DNA of 63,995 nucleotides, filler included, from Alloascoidea hylecoeti (taxonomy: Eukaryota), in the NCBI GenBank assembly GCA_001600815.1. It is 14 parts of 14 records of this genome, joined end to end, with 100 filler letters (N's around TTAATTAATTAA, not from the genome) between each part and the next. Parts side by side here need not be neighbours in the genome. Positions count along the whole stretch, not along the records: positions 1 to 6,842 come from BCKZ01000055.1; positions 6,943 to 12,468 come from BCKZ01000057.1; positions 12,569 to 17,918 come from BCKZ01000058.1; 11 more parts are not named here. One strand, given 5' to 3'. Position 1 is the stretch's first letter. Each line of letters starts with the position of its first letter. The position numbers were made by a program, and so were the translations under genes. Under the pieces are notes generated by a model. That model ran no database searches. It saw only the letters and a list, made by a program, of their open reading frames with translations, and was not told the origin of the DNA. This document shows positions 1 through 12,715 of the stretch, in pieces.

Positions 1-3000
1 AATCTAGTACTTTTAATTTTAATTCTTTATTTTCACTTTCAAGTGTTGCCTTTTCTTCTGCTAATTGATCATTAATTAATCTTTCTGAATCTGCAGTACT
101 TGAAATATCAGAATGTAAAGATTGCAAGTTTTCAAGTTGTAATTGAATTTCAGCAGTTTCTTTCTTTTGATATTCCAATGCATCAGTTAAACTATTTAAA
201 TCAATTGATTTTCTTCTTGGCGTTTTAATACCATTTGGTGAAGTTGTGAATAAATCTTCTAAATCATTTGTCATTTCAAATACCCGATCTTCTAAAACTT
301 TTTTATCTTTTTTTAATTTATTACATTCATTAATTAAATCATTCATTGATGTTTTTAAATTACGAACTTGTGAAAANAATGTANCCATTTTTCTATCTGC
401 TTCTTCTCTTCTTTTTGTTTCATGTTCTTTTGATAATTTTAAATCCGAAATTGATGCTAATAATCTTGATTTTTCTCTTGTGAATGATTGAATTTTATAA
501 TCATTTTCTGAAATGTTTTTTTTCAAATCATTGATTGTTCTTTTTAAATCTCTTGTAGATGATTGTAATTTAAAAGATTCTTTTCTTTNTTTATCTAATT
601 CTTCTGTTAACAATCTTAATCTTTGATGATATTTTTGTCTAGTATTAACCAACATATTTTCTGATTCATCAACATGATCACCTTCTTTTTTACGATATTC
701 TTCTAATTCTAATTTTGTTCTATTTTGTGTATCAAGAGAATTTTTTAATTTTGATTTATTTTCATCCAAATCAGATTCTAATTTTCGTATTTTAAGTTGT
801 AATGCTGCAGATTGTAATTCAGCATTTCTTGATTCTTCATTTGATTGATTTAAATATTCAATTGTTTCATTTAATTGAGTTTTTGCAAATTTTTCTGCTC
901 TTGTTGCTTTCATAACTGCAACTTCTGCAGATTCCAATTTTCCATAATATTCTTCTGCTCTTGATTTATATAATTTATAAGATTTTGATAAATCTTCACA
1001 TTTTAATTCTAAAATTTCCATTTTTGATGATGTTTCTAAAAGTTCTTCTTTTGCAGAAATTGCTGATGCATATTCTGGTCCTATTTGTTTTTTCCATTCT
1101 TCTAATTTTTGTTCTTTTTCTGCNAATTCTCTTGAAAGTTGTAAAACTTGTGCTTTACTTCTACTTACTTCACTTTTACTTAATGATAAATTGCGAGAAA
1201 CTTCTTGATATACTTCGATTAAATCACGATGTGCAGATTCTAAAGAATTTTCCCCATTACCATTACCATTGTTATTAGTGATAGAATTGTTTGCTTTATT
1301 TGCTTGTTCTGATTGAATTAATAAATCTTGTAATTGTGAAGCAATTTCTTGACATTTTAATTCAGAATCTTCTAATTTTGATTCATAATAATCAGGGCCA
1401 AATCTTGAATTAAAAGTTGAAATTGAATTTGTTGACTGTAAAGATNCACGAGATACAATTCTCGGTCTATNACGATGTTNAATATNTGNTTTCCATCTTT
1501 TATTAAAATCATTTAATTGGTTTTCTAATAAAATTCGTTCTCTTTTTGATTTTTTTTCAACTTCATTTAATTGTTTATGTAAATTATTAACTTCTAATTG
1601 ATTATCAATTTTTTTTGATGATGATGATGATAATATTGATGATAATTTTTTAGAATTTATTGAGATTTCCGTTAAAAGTTTTGAATTTGATGCATCAATT
1701 TCACCTTTTTCTAATCTTAATTTTGTTAATTTTTTTTGGTATGATTCAATTAATGTTTCCGATTTTCTAGTAGTTTTCTTTTCAATTTCAATTGAATGTT
1801 TTAAATCTTCAACTTGTCTAATCATTTTATCATGATTTAATTTTAATTTATTAAATTGTGATTTTAAATTATTATATTCAATTTCTAATTTACCATTACC
1901 ATTAATATTTTCATTTAAATTTGGATTTAAGCTTGAACGATTTCTTCTTTCATGTTGATTTTGTAAAATGGAAGTTAATTGTTTTTGTAATTTTTCAATT
2001 TGAGAAGTTTTTTGAAATAATTCTTTACTATATTTTTCTTTTAAATTTGATTCTTCAAAATAATTAGATTTAATTGATTCTAATTCATCGTCGATTTTTC
2101 TTTTTTCAATACCTGTATGTTTAATCATCATCGATTGTTCTTCAAATTTAACTTTCATTTCACAATATTGTTCTGTAATTCTCTCTCTTTCATTTTCAAT
2201 TGTTTCTAATCTATCTTCTAAATAAAAACTTCTATCACCAATGTTCTTAATTTGAATTCTAATTTTTTTACAAATTTCAGTTGAATCTTCTTTTGTTGAT
2301 TCATTTTCAATTAATTGATTTTTTAAATTTAAAACTTGATTTGATAAATTTTCAATTCTTGATTTCGCTTTTAATTTATCTTCTTCTAATTTTGAATTAA
2401 TTTCAATTGTTTTAAAATTTTCATCATTTAATTTATTTAAAATTAATGATAAATCATTAATTGATCTTTGTAAATCATGAATTTTTGATTCTTTTAATGA
2501 TATTAATGAAATATTTTTATTTTTAACGTTTAATAAATTATTACGTAAAGTTTCAATTTGTTTATTTAATTGTTGTATTGTCAAATCTAATTGTTTCTTT
2601 TCATTACCATGTTTATGTTCATCATTAATTGAAATTTCTAAGTTTTTACGTGATTCATTTGCTTCTTTTTCTAAAATTATTAATTTTGATTTTAAATCAT
2701 TCATTTCATAATTTGCTTTTTCAAATTGTTGATTTTTTAATTTACATTGATTTTTTAAATCATCATAATTTAATTTTAAAATTTTAAAACAATCAATTGT
2801 TTTATTCAAATTGGTTTGAATATTTGAAATTTCTTTTTCCTTTTCACTAACAATATTTTCATATTCTGAAGTAATTTCATATAAATTTGATAATTTATCA
2901 TGTAATTGTTTATTATCAATAACAATTTCATTAATTTTTGAATTTTTTAAATTATAATCATTTTTTAAAAAATTAATCCTTGATTGTAAATTTGAATTTG

Positions 3001-6000
3001 AGTTTAAAGAATTTAATTGAGTTTCTAATTGATTAATTTGTTTATTTTTATTATCAATTAATATTGATAATTTTTGAACATCATCGTTTAATTTTTTAGA
3101 TTTTGAAAATTGATTTGATTGTAATTGTCTATTATCTTCTAAATTTTTTTGAAAATCAATAATTTTAATTGATAAATTATTTTTTTCAATTTCTAAATCT
3201 TTAATTAATTTTGTACCATTTTCTAATTCTTTCCTCCATTCAATTGATTGATTATCAATTTTTTTTTTAGATACGATTAATTCTTCACATTGTAATTCTA
3301 ATTGATCTAATTCATTTAATGCATTATCTAATTGATCTTCTAATTCAATTTCTCTAATTTTGGCATTTTCTAAAATTGATTGTTTATCTAATTGAATTGA
3401 TCTTTCACTTATTAATAAATCTTTTAATTTTGAAATTTCAATTTCATGTTGTTTTGATAATAATGTCAATTTTTCATTTAAATTTTTATCTTCAATAATT
3501 TTCTCATTTAATTTTATAATTTCTTTATTATTTTTATCATCATTTTCATTTTTAATATTTGTTGTTGATAAAATTGGTTTCATTTTATTCATTAATTTCC
3601 ACCATTTATCATCTTTTAAATCTAAATAAATTGTGAAATTATTCATTATTATTTTTGTTGCTTTTAATTTAAAAATAATTTTATGAATTTTTTTTCTAAT
3701 AACAATACCTCTAATTAAAGATTGAAATTTAGTTATAACATCTTTAACCATTTCTTCTTTTAAAATTTCTAAATCTGCTAAAACACCGGCTTTAAAAAAA
3801 ACTTTTGTTAAACCAATCATATATAATGACTTATCCATTGATATTTCATTTAATATTAATTCACATGATTTTTTCCCTTCAACATAACCTTTTTGTTTTG
3901 TTTTTAATAAACATTGATATCTTTTTATAAAATCAGTAAATAATAAACGATTTGGATAACCAGATCTTGCAATTCTAATACCTTCTAAAACACCATTACA
4001 TCTTAATTGTTCCAAAACTAATAAATTATTAAATTTTTTAGATTGCTTTAAATGATTTGGTATAATACATCTAACAAAATGAGGTTTTGTTGTATTTAAT
4101 TGTTGCATTAAATTATTTAATTGTTCTTTATGTTTTTGTGCAACAGTTCTAAATAAACCTTTTTTAACTTTACTACTTGATAATTGTTTTGCTGTTTGTG
4201 ATTGTTGATTTGATATAAATAAATTTGATGTAAATTTATCATTTGAATTGATTAATAATGATATTATATTTTCATTTTGTGGATCTTTATTTTTTTCTAA
4301 CCAACCTTCTGTATTATAATCAACATTTGCAGCATAATGTTTTAATATAAATCCTTGAGTTAATTTAGAACCTTTATAAATTTTTGAATTTTTATTATCC
4401 CATATTGAATTTAATTTATCAGTAAAAGATCGATCAGTTGCTTTTGGAACAATACAATCTTCATCAAGACATGAAAATATACCAATTGGATTTGATTTTT
4501 CAATTAAATCAATTGTTGGTTGTAAATCTAAACCAAAATCAATAAAATTCCAATTTATTGATTCTTTATTATATTCTTCTTGTTCTAATATAAACATATG
4601 ATGATTAAAAAATTGTTGTAATTTTTCATTTGTATAATTTATACATAATTGTTCAAAAGAATTAATTTTAAATATTTCAAAACCTGCAATATCTAAAACT
4701 CCAATAAATGAGGTTGATTCCTCATTTTTATTAACTAATAAATTATTAATAACATTAATAATATAACCGAATATTTTTTCATATAAATTTTTTGCTAAAG
4801 AATCTAATGTATATCTAACTTGTTGTGGAGATCTTGATTGAGTTATAATTTCTCTTCCAGCTTTAACTTTTGGATTGATTAATGAAGTTATAAATAATTC
4901 ACTATTAATACCTAATAAATGACAAATTTTTTCAACATCAATTAAATTTGAAATTCTTGCAACTTCAGATTTTAATGGTCCAACATTAATATTACCTAAT
5001 CTTAAAATAACAGAAATAATTTTAAAAATTTTATAATATTGTTTTTTAGAAAAACCCATAATTGAAAAAGATTTAATTAATGAATTAAATTCTTCAGTGT
5101 CATTTATACCAATAATTTTTTTATTAGAATTTTTTAAATAAATATAATCATTTATATTTGATTCTAATAATAAATTTTGTTTCATATCAATTGTTGAACC
5201 ATTAATTAATTGATAAAAAATGTGATAATTTCTTTCTTCATTTGTTTGATAAATAACTCTTGATTTTTCAAGTAAATACCAATCAATAAAACCACCATTT
5301 ATACAACCTTTTGAATTAAATTCAATTCTTATAAATTTACCAAATCTTGAGGAATTATTATTCCTTACAGTTTGTGCATTACCAAAAGATTCCAATATAG
5401 GATTTGCTTGTAATATTTGTTCTTCAATATTATTATTCTGTTGATCACTTGAAACAGTTGATGATGAAGGTGAAAATGAAGGTTTTGCAATAGCTGCTAA
5501 ATATTGTATAATTTTTTTAGTATTTTCAGTTTTTCCAGCACCTGATTCACCAGTAACTAAAATTGATTGATTTTCATCCATTTCAATCATATTTCTAAAA
5601 GTTAAATCAGTTATAGCGAAAATATGAGGTTTTAATTCGTCATTATGATTATTTTTATATTTATTTATATAATCTTCACCATAAATTGATAAATTATGAT
5701 ATGGATTAATAGCAACTAAAAATAAGCCGGAATAAGTATAAATTAAATCTTGTTCATATCTTGCAAATAGATTATGTACAACAGATGCTTCATTTAAATG
5801 AGTCAACTGAGCCATATCATCGGCCCTATCGAATTTAGGGGGATTAACACTATCAACATCTTTAATATTCATTATTCGGTCCTAAATATGATGTTAGTGT
5901 TTATATTCTGGAAAATCGTGCGAAAATTCAATACACCTACAGTGCCATCCACACATCTTATTTTGATGCGATCATCTTCCAGCTGCTCCGTGATAAAACC

Positions 6001-6078
6001 TTTAACAAAAGCAGATTGAGGGTCCGGCACCCAAACCCAGTTTTTGGAGGCAAATTCAACACTTTCAGCTTCTGTCAT
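1..6078 (-). CDS. MYO1: Type II myosin heavy chain, 3'-partial; exon 1 6078-5941, intron 5940-5882, exon 2 5881 to window edge
   Basis: Manual translation: WVWVPDPQSAFVKG (SH3-like), NPPKFDRADDMAQLTHLNEASV, P-loop GESGAGKTENT (~5520-5555), NNNSSRFGKF, DIAGFE, FVRCIIPN, QLRCNGVLEGIRI, then a long coiled coil. Frame checked at ~1450 and at position 1; it runs off the window without a stop, which is why the ORF track omits it. Confidence 0.95.
5882..5940 (-). other. Spliceosomal intron in myosin gene (59 nt)
   Basis: GTAGGT donor, CACTAAC branch site, TAG acceptor; removal joins ...CVDGT to DRIMNIKDVDSVNPPKF in frame. Confidence 0.9.
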
Positions 6079-6195
6079 TAATTAGTACCTGACATAAACA
6101 ATAACCTACTGGTTGTAGCATGGCCGGTCGTTGTGTTGTCATGGCAACCCATGGCACGTGGTGTGCTGAGTAATCCTTCAACCAAAATTAATAAG

Positions 6196-6409
6196 ATAAT
6201 TTAGTTGAAACATTGGAAAAACTACAATTAAGGATCGATAGGCCACATTAGCAACAAAAAGAGCAGAACGAGAGAAAAAAGAAATGAAAGAAAGAGCATT
6301 ACAACTAGAAAGAGAATTAGAAGAATNGAGATCAAGGTTTGAAACAGTTACAACTAAAAGACAAAGTGGTGGTATAAGTAGTGATGAGTTAGATTCTGTT
6401 TTTATATAA
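6196..6409 (+). pseudogene. Frameshifted fragment resembling the extreme C-terminus of fungal myosin II
   Basis: DNLVETLEKLQ, frameshift, then ATLATKRAEREKKEMKERALQLERELEEXRSRFE...DSVFI* (6242-6409); resembles the RAERE..EMKE.AL.LE.E tail motif of fungal myosin II as recalled; no start codon. Confidence 0.55.
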
Positions 6410-6942
6410 TTTAATAATNTAAAACAAAATATTTATATGTTACCTGGATGTACATACTAGTCTTCATTACTTCTACTTCATGAATCTCCTATCAATTGCA
6501 ATAGATTTGGTACTTATAGGGAGGTGAAGTCTGTATAATAAATATACCTGTTAATATCATCCAGAAGTTTTATTTTAAATTTTTAGTATTTAATTATTAT
6601 CTTAAGTAGGTTTTGCCTGTTTATTAGCAATGTTTGGTTTAAAATCATTCCTTGTTATAACGTGTTATGATAGGATTTCTACTGTAAGCTTAAGCTTATA
6701 AATCTCTTCCTAATAAGTTCCCCAATTTCAATTCCAAATTCTACCACTCCTTCTTGATAATCCCAGGAACTTCATACAACTGGTACAGTTCCACAAATAT
6801 AATATGAAAACTGATTCTTGGGAAAGTTGATGGAAAATTTAANNNNNNNNNNNNNNNNNNNNNNNNNNNNNNNNNNNNNNNNNNNNTTAATTAATTAANN
6901 NNNNNNNNNNNNNNNNNNNNNNNNNNNNNNNNNNNNNNNNNN

Positions 6943-9383
6943 AACGTTATGGTTGTATTGGTATCTGGGGGTTGAGCAACTTTAAAATTTAATTTTTTTT
7001 GACCTTTAGCTAGGTCGTTTGAATTAACATCATTTAATTTGGAAATATGGAGTCCAATACCTCGTAATTCTTTAGGAGGACAAGCAAGCATTCTTATCAA
7101 AGATTTTGATTCGCTTGAAATAATTCTCCATTCATTCGTCGCCACCCCTAATCTTGAACTTTTCGAAAATATATCGCATTCCCCATGACCTAAATATTTT
7201 GGTGTTTCATAACTGATATTCTGTTTCCTTTTAAATAACCTTAAAGTTAAATGAGATCCAATTAATGATAGTTTATTTAATCTTTCTGATAATTCCTTTG
7301 CAAGATTTGTTAAAAAAATATCAATCTGTTCCATAGTAGTAAATCTTACCCCCCAATTAACATCACAGCTTACGCTTTTCCTATCAAGAATATTGGGAGT
7401 TTTAGTATCATCAATACCTCGTGCATATTCCCAAAGTTTCAGCCCTGTTTTATTCCCAAATTCTGTAATAAGTCGATTCTTTTCAATGCTTTTCAATTCA
7501 CCAACAGTAAACGTTGTAGAACCAGTATTTTTCTTGAAAACTTCAATTAGCCTTTGTTTAATACTACGACCCGATCCAGGAAGATCCTGAACAGAAAGTT
7601 GCTCCAAATGTTTTTTAATTTCAGAAGATTGAAACATAGAAATCTGGCCATTTGGTTTAGCTCTTTTAAGAGCTAATTTGGCTAATAAAATATTTGGGCC
7701 TGCTCCAATACTAACATCACATTTTGTTATTGACTTTACTTTGGAACGGATATTTTTTGCTAGTAATGACACTTTCATCTCAAATTGCCGAGATATTTGA
7801 AAAAGTTCGTCATCTTCATCAACATCGTCTGTATATTCATAATTTATCTCTTCATTACAAAGTGAAGTCACATCTACTAATGCCTCATCAATAGACACAG
7901 GAAATACTGAATCTGCATCTAAATCTAACAAAATATTATAAAATTGTTTAGATGCCTTTTCATAATCATTAAACTCATAATCCAAGCATACAAGTTGAGG
8001 GCATAATTGTTTGGCCTTAGAAACCCACATTCCATTTTTTACACCAAATTCTCTTGCAACATAGTTACAACTTGCAATATCAGAATTTTTTGTTCCATTG
8101 CTGACACAAATTGGGATAATTTTTGGATTAAGATCTGGTCTGGAAAAAGAAGAGACAGTAGCAAAAAAGCAGTCAAAATCAATATGAAATATAACTCTAT
8201 GTTTCACAGTAGAAAAATTATTATGATTCTGTAATTGTGATTGTGAANATTTATATTTCTTTAGTGCAAGTTGTTGAAATTGTGTTTTAAGTTCAGATTT
8301 CCAATTGCTTAGATGATGTAGTCNTGAGCGAGCAAAATAGTTTTTAATGAATTGGGGATCAGTACAATCAAGGATCGGATTCTTACCGATATCATTAGAA
8401 TCATTAACGTCTACTAGATTTTCTTCTAATCTGTTTGAATCATCTGGTCCTGAACCTGAGCCTAACGAAGAAATCAATACTTCTTCTGCGCCTCCTCTAA
8501 TTAATGCTTGATTGTTATATTTTCTTGATCCATTTTGTGTAAATACATCGTTGTTAGTGGTTTTTGATCGGACATTGTTAATGGGTTTATGAATAAGTTT
8601 TGATTTATGAATAAGTGTATCTAACCTGTCTTGTGAGATGTCATTATCAATTAATTTAAAGTCTAACCAAGACAAAAGAGTTTTAGATTCAATTGATTTT
8701 GTTATCCATTCGGGTTTCACAACTTTATATTTAGAAAATTCAATTCTTTTCTTTGGAGTTAATCTAGAAGCGATAATATGTGTAACAGAAGTTTTCTTGG
8801 ATAGATATGATATAAACACTCCACCATAAATTACAACCAACCTATGAAGTTCCTGAATGGAAGGATTTGTATATCCATTAACGTAAATTGAAACTCCTTT
8901 GAATATTTGAGGTCTTAAATCTTTTAATGTTTTTTTGGTAAATTTGGAGCCTTGATTTTCTACCCGTCGCTTTAACATCATCAAGTCTATTTTTTTGGTC
9001 TGATCATCTTTATTTTGTTGTTTTTTTAGTTTATTATTGAAGTACTTGCCAAAATCTCCAAACCCTATAGGATCAAATTCTGAATTTTCCGAGTCTAATG
9101 ATTCATTACCTGAAGTTATTTCATCCTGATCAGTTAAATCTTGGGGGTGTAGATCTTCCGTTTCATCTTCTTGTATTATGCCACCACTGGCCAAATTAAG
9201 AACGTGATCATTATTATGTTTAATCTCAAGTTCAGAATGGATGGGTCCAAGGTTGGTGGTATTAACTAAGTTGTCTGATGCCTCTTTAGAAATTTCTTCT
9301 TCAAGCTGGCTAAGATCAGAAAGCTCAAAGAAGGATGGCCAAAGATCACAATCACTACTAATTGGATTCTGAGAAATCCCCAT
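6943..9383 (-). CDS. REV1: Rev1 Y-family deoxycytidyl transferase, 3'-truncated by contig end (second allele)
   Basis: Reverse complement of 19281-21721; BRCT domain, SRLHHLS, HIDFDCFF and SIDE motifs. Confidence 0.9.
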
Positions 9384-10645
9384 AATAAGCAAGCATTTTA
9401 TTTTTTTTATCTTCTAAGATACGCGACGCGTAAAATGAGATTAAATTAAAATGTTACATAATAATCGGGTAATATTTTACACACGTGATGTATTATTTGT
9501 AGATTGTTTCCACTTGTATTTCGGCCACTATTCAAATTACTTATTAGGCCAAATGATGATTAAATATTCGGATCAAATATCAGTCTACGTAATGTATAAG
9601 GTATCCCCCCATGCATAACTGGTGTTATTCTGTTGGCATTCACAATGAAGCTTGCCCAAACAGCAATGGGTGATCCATCGATCTACAAGGTAAAATGATA
9701 AATTTATACACTCATAACACACAGCTAATAGGCCTCTTTCGGGGATGAAAGTAACATCAAATAACGAGGGGATCATCTATATCGCCAAAGGAAATATAAT
9801 ATCACACTCCCCACTGATTTACCGATCACATTCACAGGGAATTGGGGGCTTATGTTACTTATAAGTACGAGTTGATATGAAGCGCTCTTTTATATTACAT
9901 AGTGTGATTTTATATCCATAATCTATTTTAAAAAATGTTTATTATCTATTTATAAAAGAGAGAGCTCCAAAAATTTTTGCTAATTTACTTAAAATCGGTA
10001 TTCTAGGATATCAATTAATCAATTACAAAATTATTTAAATAAAAATGATATTAAAACTTCAATTCCAAATGATTTAGAAAATCTTTATAATAGTTTATAT
10101 TAAAAGATATGGGTGATTATTATTATATTATTTACATGATTTGATTAGTTATGTGCACATATCTCATGTTTTCTAATATAGTTGAATTAATTTATTAGAT
10201 ATATAGGTGGATTTCCACTTTTTGTAAAGAGAGGGAGAGACGGTTAAAACAAGAAAAAATATAAGTTTGTTATTCATTGATTCAACATATTGTAAGTTTA
10301 GTAGTGAAGATCCTCGGACATCAATTTAGATATTATTCAAGATATGAATTCAGAAGATATTGCAAAGCTAGCTGAAATCATAAATCAACAGTTTTCATCG
10401 ATTTTGAATCAAATGTTTCAAACACTTAATACATGATCAGCCTCTTCATATTCAGATGACGAGGATGCTTAAGAACATGTTAGCAATATTCAACATTCCT
10501 TTAATGAAAGATCATTGATCATATAAATATTGTTTTTAAGACATGACTATAGTCTATTAAAGAAAGCAATAACTGAATTATGATACAGGCAGGATATCAT
10601 TAAAGATCAGGAGGACCATGAAAATATCAAAGAAGAAAAGATCCA
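6943..10645. repeat. 3703-bp near-identical inverted copy of 18019-21721 (overlapping haplotigs)
   Basis: Both ends match by eye; two single-base differences seen (a synonymous Thr codon near 7399/21265 and a promoter base near 9810/18854). Confidence 0.9.
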
Positions 10646-11139
10646 NCCAAAACTTGAGATTCAATACAAAAACAACGTTAACACAAACAAAACAAAACAA
10701 ACAAAATTAACGTAACACACACACACATCGGTTCACCTATATCATAAGTCTTAGTGCCACAATATACACATTGTGATGTAATATACCCATATGAAGAAAC
10801 CGAGACTAAAAATGAATATGCATACCAAATGNTAACAAAACAAGATAATAAAATAACACAGAATTTGCGGTGCTTNAGGAGAAAGAAATACAATATGGTG
10901 CTAGTGGCAAAGAAATCGGTACTTATATTCAGAGTATGTACGTACAGATTAACTCCCTCTATATTTCTTTTATCATTAATTATACTAACAATAATTCTAT
11001 AGGATTCATTTTAAATGCATGGTATTCCGAAGAAGAAAACTCTAGTGAATATTTCTGACATCAAAGACCATATCATATTGATAGGGAAACAAGGAAANAA
11101 ATAAATGGCCCAGTAAGAAAAATAATAGATAATAATAAT

Positions 11140-11570
11140 AATGATGAATATATTAGTAATGAGCAAGCAAAAGTTGGAGCAAAATATTTAAATATAATTA
11201 TTGATGATGAATTTGCATTAGAAGAAGCAGAATTAGGATTNTCTTCTTCACATGTACATGGAATTGTTGGTATTAATGATGGTAAAACTGCTAGTCAAGG
11301 TTTTGATAAAGTATGNGAATGATCACGTGTCCATTAAAAAATATAGCAGCAATGAAGAAAGGAGAGCAGAATATGACCCAAAAAGTAGAACATCAAAGTA
11401 AACGGGATATATTAATGATAATAATTCATTTGTCAGAAAATTAAAAGGTGAAGCAGAAGAATTTAAAAAAATGAATAAATTGGCTTGGGAACAATCTGCA
11501 TTGGGTGATCCAATTCCTTTACAAGCAAATCCAGCTGAAAGTGTTAAAATTACGAAAATAAATTAAATTA
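11140..11570 (+). pseudogene. Degenerate SLU7-like splicing factor fragment
   Basis: AEYDPKSRTSK*TGYINDNNSFVRKLKGEAEEFKKMNKLAWEQSALGDPIPLQANP; YDPKSR and LQANP are Slu7-type motifs; in-frame stop present. Confidence 0.6.
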
Positions 11571-11732
11571 GATGAAAATAGTGATGAAAACAGAATTTCC
11601 CAAAAGCAAAAGATCTTAAAAATATGAAGAACAAGATGAATATAATAAGCTTATTGATATGGAAACTGAAGATAAGCTTTATGAATACTCGTGAGAATGT
11701 TCTAATTAAACAATAAAGATGAAGACTATATA

Positions 11733-12468
11733 CAGTCCTTCCACCTATTAATAGCGCTATTTTTGAAAATAATTAGCGATCTGTCTGAGAATTAATTAGC
11801 GTTATTTCTGTAAATTAATTAGTGTTCACTTTGGAAATTAATTAAAATAAAATTTGATAAATATTTAGTGTTGTTTCGGGATAATTATTTAGCGTTACCT
11901 AGGATAATTTGGTAGTGCTATTTTCGAAAATGATTTGGTCAAATTTAGCGTTATTTTTGTAAATTATTTAGCGTTATTTACGAAAATTAATTAGCGCTAT
12001 TCTATAAAATTAATTAGCGATCCGTNTGAATGATTAATTAGCCACTTACTGTTGAAACTATATTTAGCAACATATGCAAATTAATAATATCTTAATTTAT
12101 ATAAGTTACATAGTTAAACAGTAATATAAAAAGAGAAGAAATCCACCTCAGGATTTCTTTCTCCATCATTTATCTTATTTATCTTTTTAAGAAATTAAAA
12201 GTTAAAAGTTTTTTAGATTTCCAATCTTTAGACTCTTACTATTAATTGCTACACAATTTTTTTACTTTTTACTCTAACTTATCAATTTAACCATGTCTTC
12301 TGACGTATCTCCGACATCAGACAGACAAATAAGATTGCTTACCTTTAACGATCTTACCGTCACAGGTGGTGATATGAATTTTGACTGTTTCAAAACACAA
12401 TTTGAATCAATCAAAAACGAAAAATTTGAGGCTTTTGATTTCGGTTACTACTTCCCGGTTGTGAATGC
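11733..12468 (+). mobile_element. Left end of a Tc1/mariner-like DNA transposon (TA|CAGT terminus, long TIR of ~22-bp sub-repeats), truncated by contig end
   Basis: TA-CAGTCCTTCCACCTATTA resembles the terminus TA-CAGTTTTTCCACCTATTA at 55741; array of AATTAATTAGCGTTATTT-like units 11750-12075. Confidence 0.7.
12293..12468 (+). CDS. N-terminal fragment of an unknown ORF inside the transposon end (candidate transposase)
   Basis: ATG about 560 bp inside the element, preceded by a TATA-like TATATAA; open to the contig end; no motif recognised. Confidence 0.35.
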
Positions 12469-12665
12469 NNNNNNNNNNNNNNNNNNNNNNNNNNNNNNNN
12501 NNNNNNNNNNNNTTAATTAATTAANNNNNNNNNNNNNNNNNNNNNNNNNNNNNNNNNNNNNNNNNNNNTCAGAAATTAATTGACATTAGTTCGTCGTAGC
12601 GTGTAACTCAATCAAAAAGATCTTATAAGCAATTTAGAACCCCTTGGTGATAGATTCCTTAAGAC

Positions 12666-12680
12666 TGGTAGCGGCGCTTC
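12666..12680 (+). promoter_or_regulatory. Primer binding site for initiator tRNA-Met, with adjacent D-arm-complementary box
   Basis: TGGTAGCG complements the tRNAiMet 3' end; the following GCGCTTC complements GAAGCGC of yeast tRNAiMet (sequence from memory). Confidence 0.8.
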
Positions 12681-12715
12681 TAAGAGTTACATACTAACCG
12701 AACCGATAGAAATTA

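Noticed and set aside
246..1278. Plus-strand ORFs 246-491 and 961-1278, and similar short antisense ORFs over REV1, gag/pol and the intron ORFs
   Set aside because: Shadow ORFs opposite real genes, with no recognisable motifs
6843..6942. Recurring N44-TTAATTAATTAA-N44 motif (13 copies)
   Set aside because: Artificial contig linker with stops in all six frames; adjacency across it has no biological meaning
11750..12075. Regularly spaced repeats resembling a CRISPR array
   Set aside because: Eukaryotic context, degenerate ~22-bp period without unique spacers, no cas genes; explained as TIR sub-repeats
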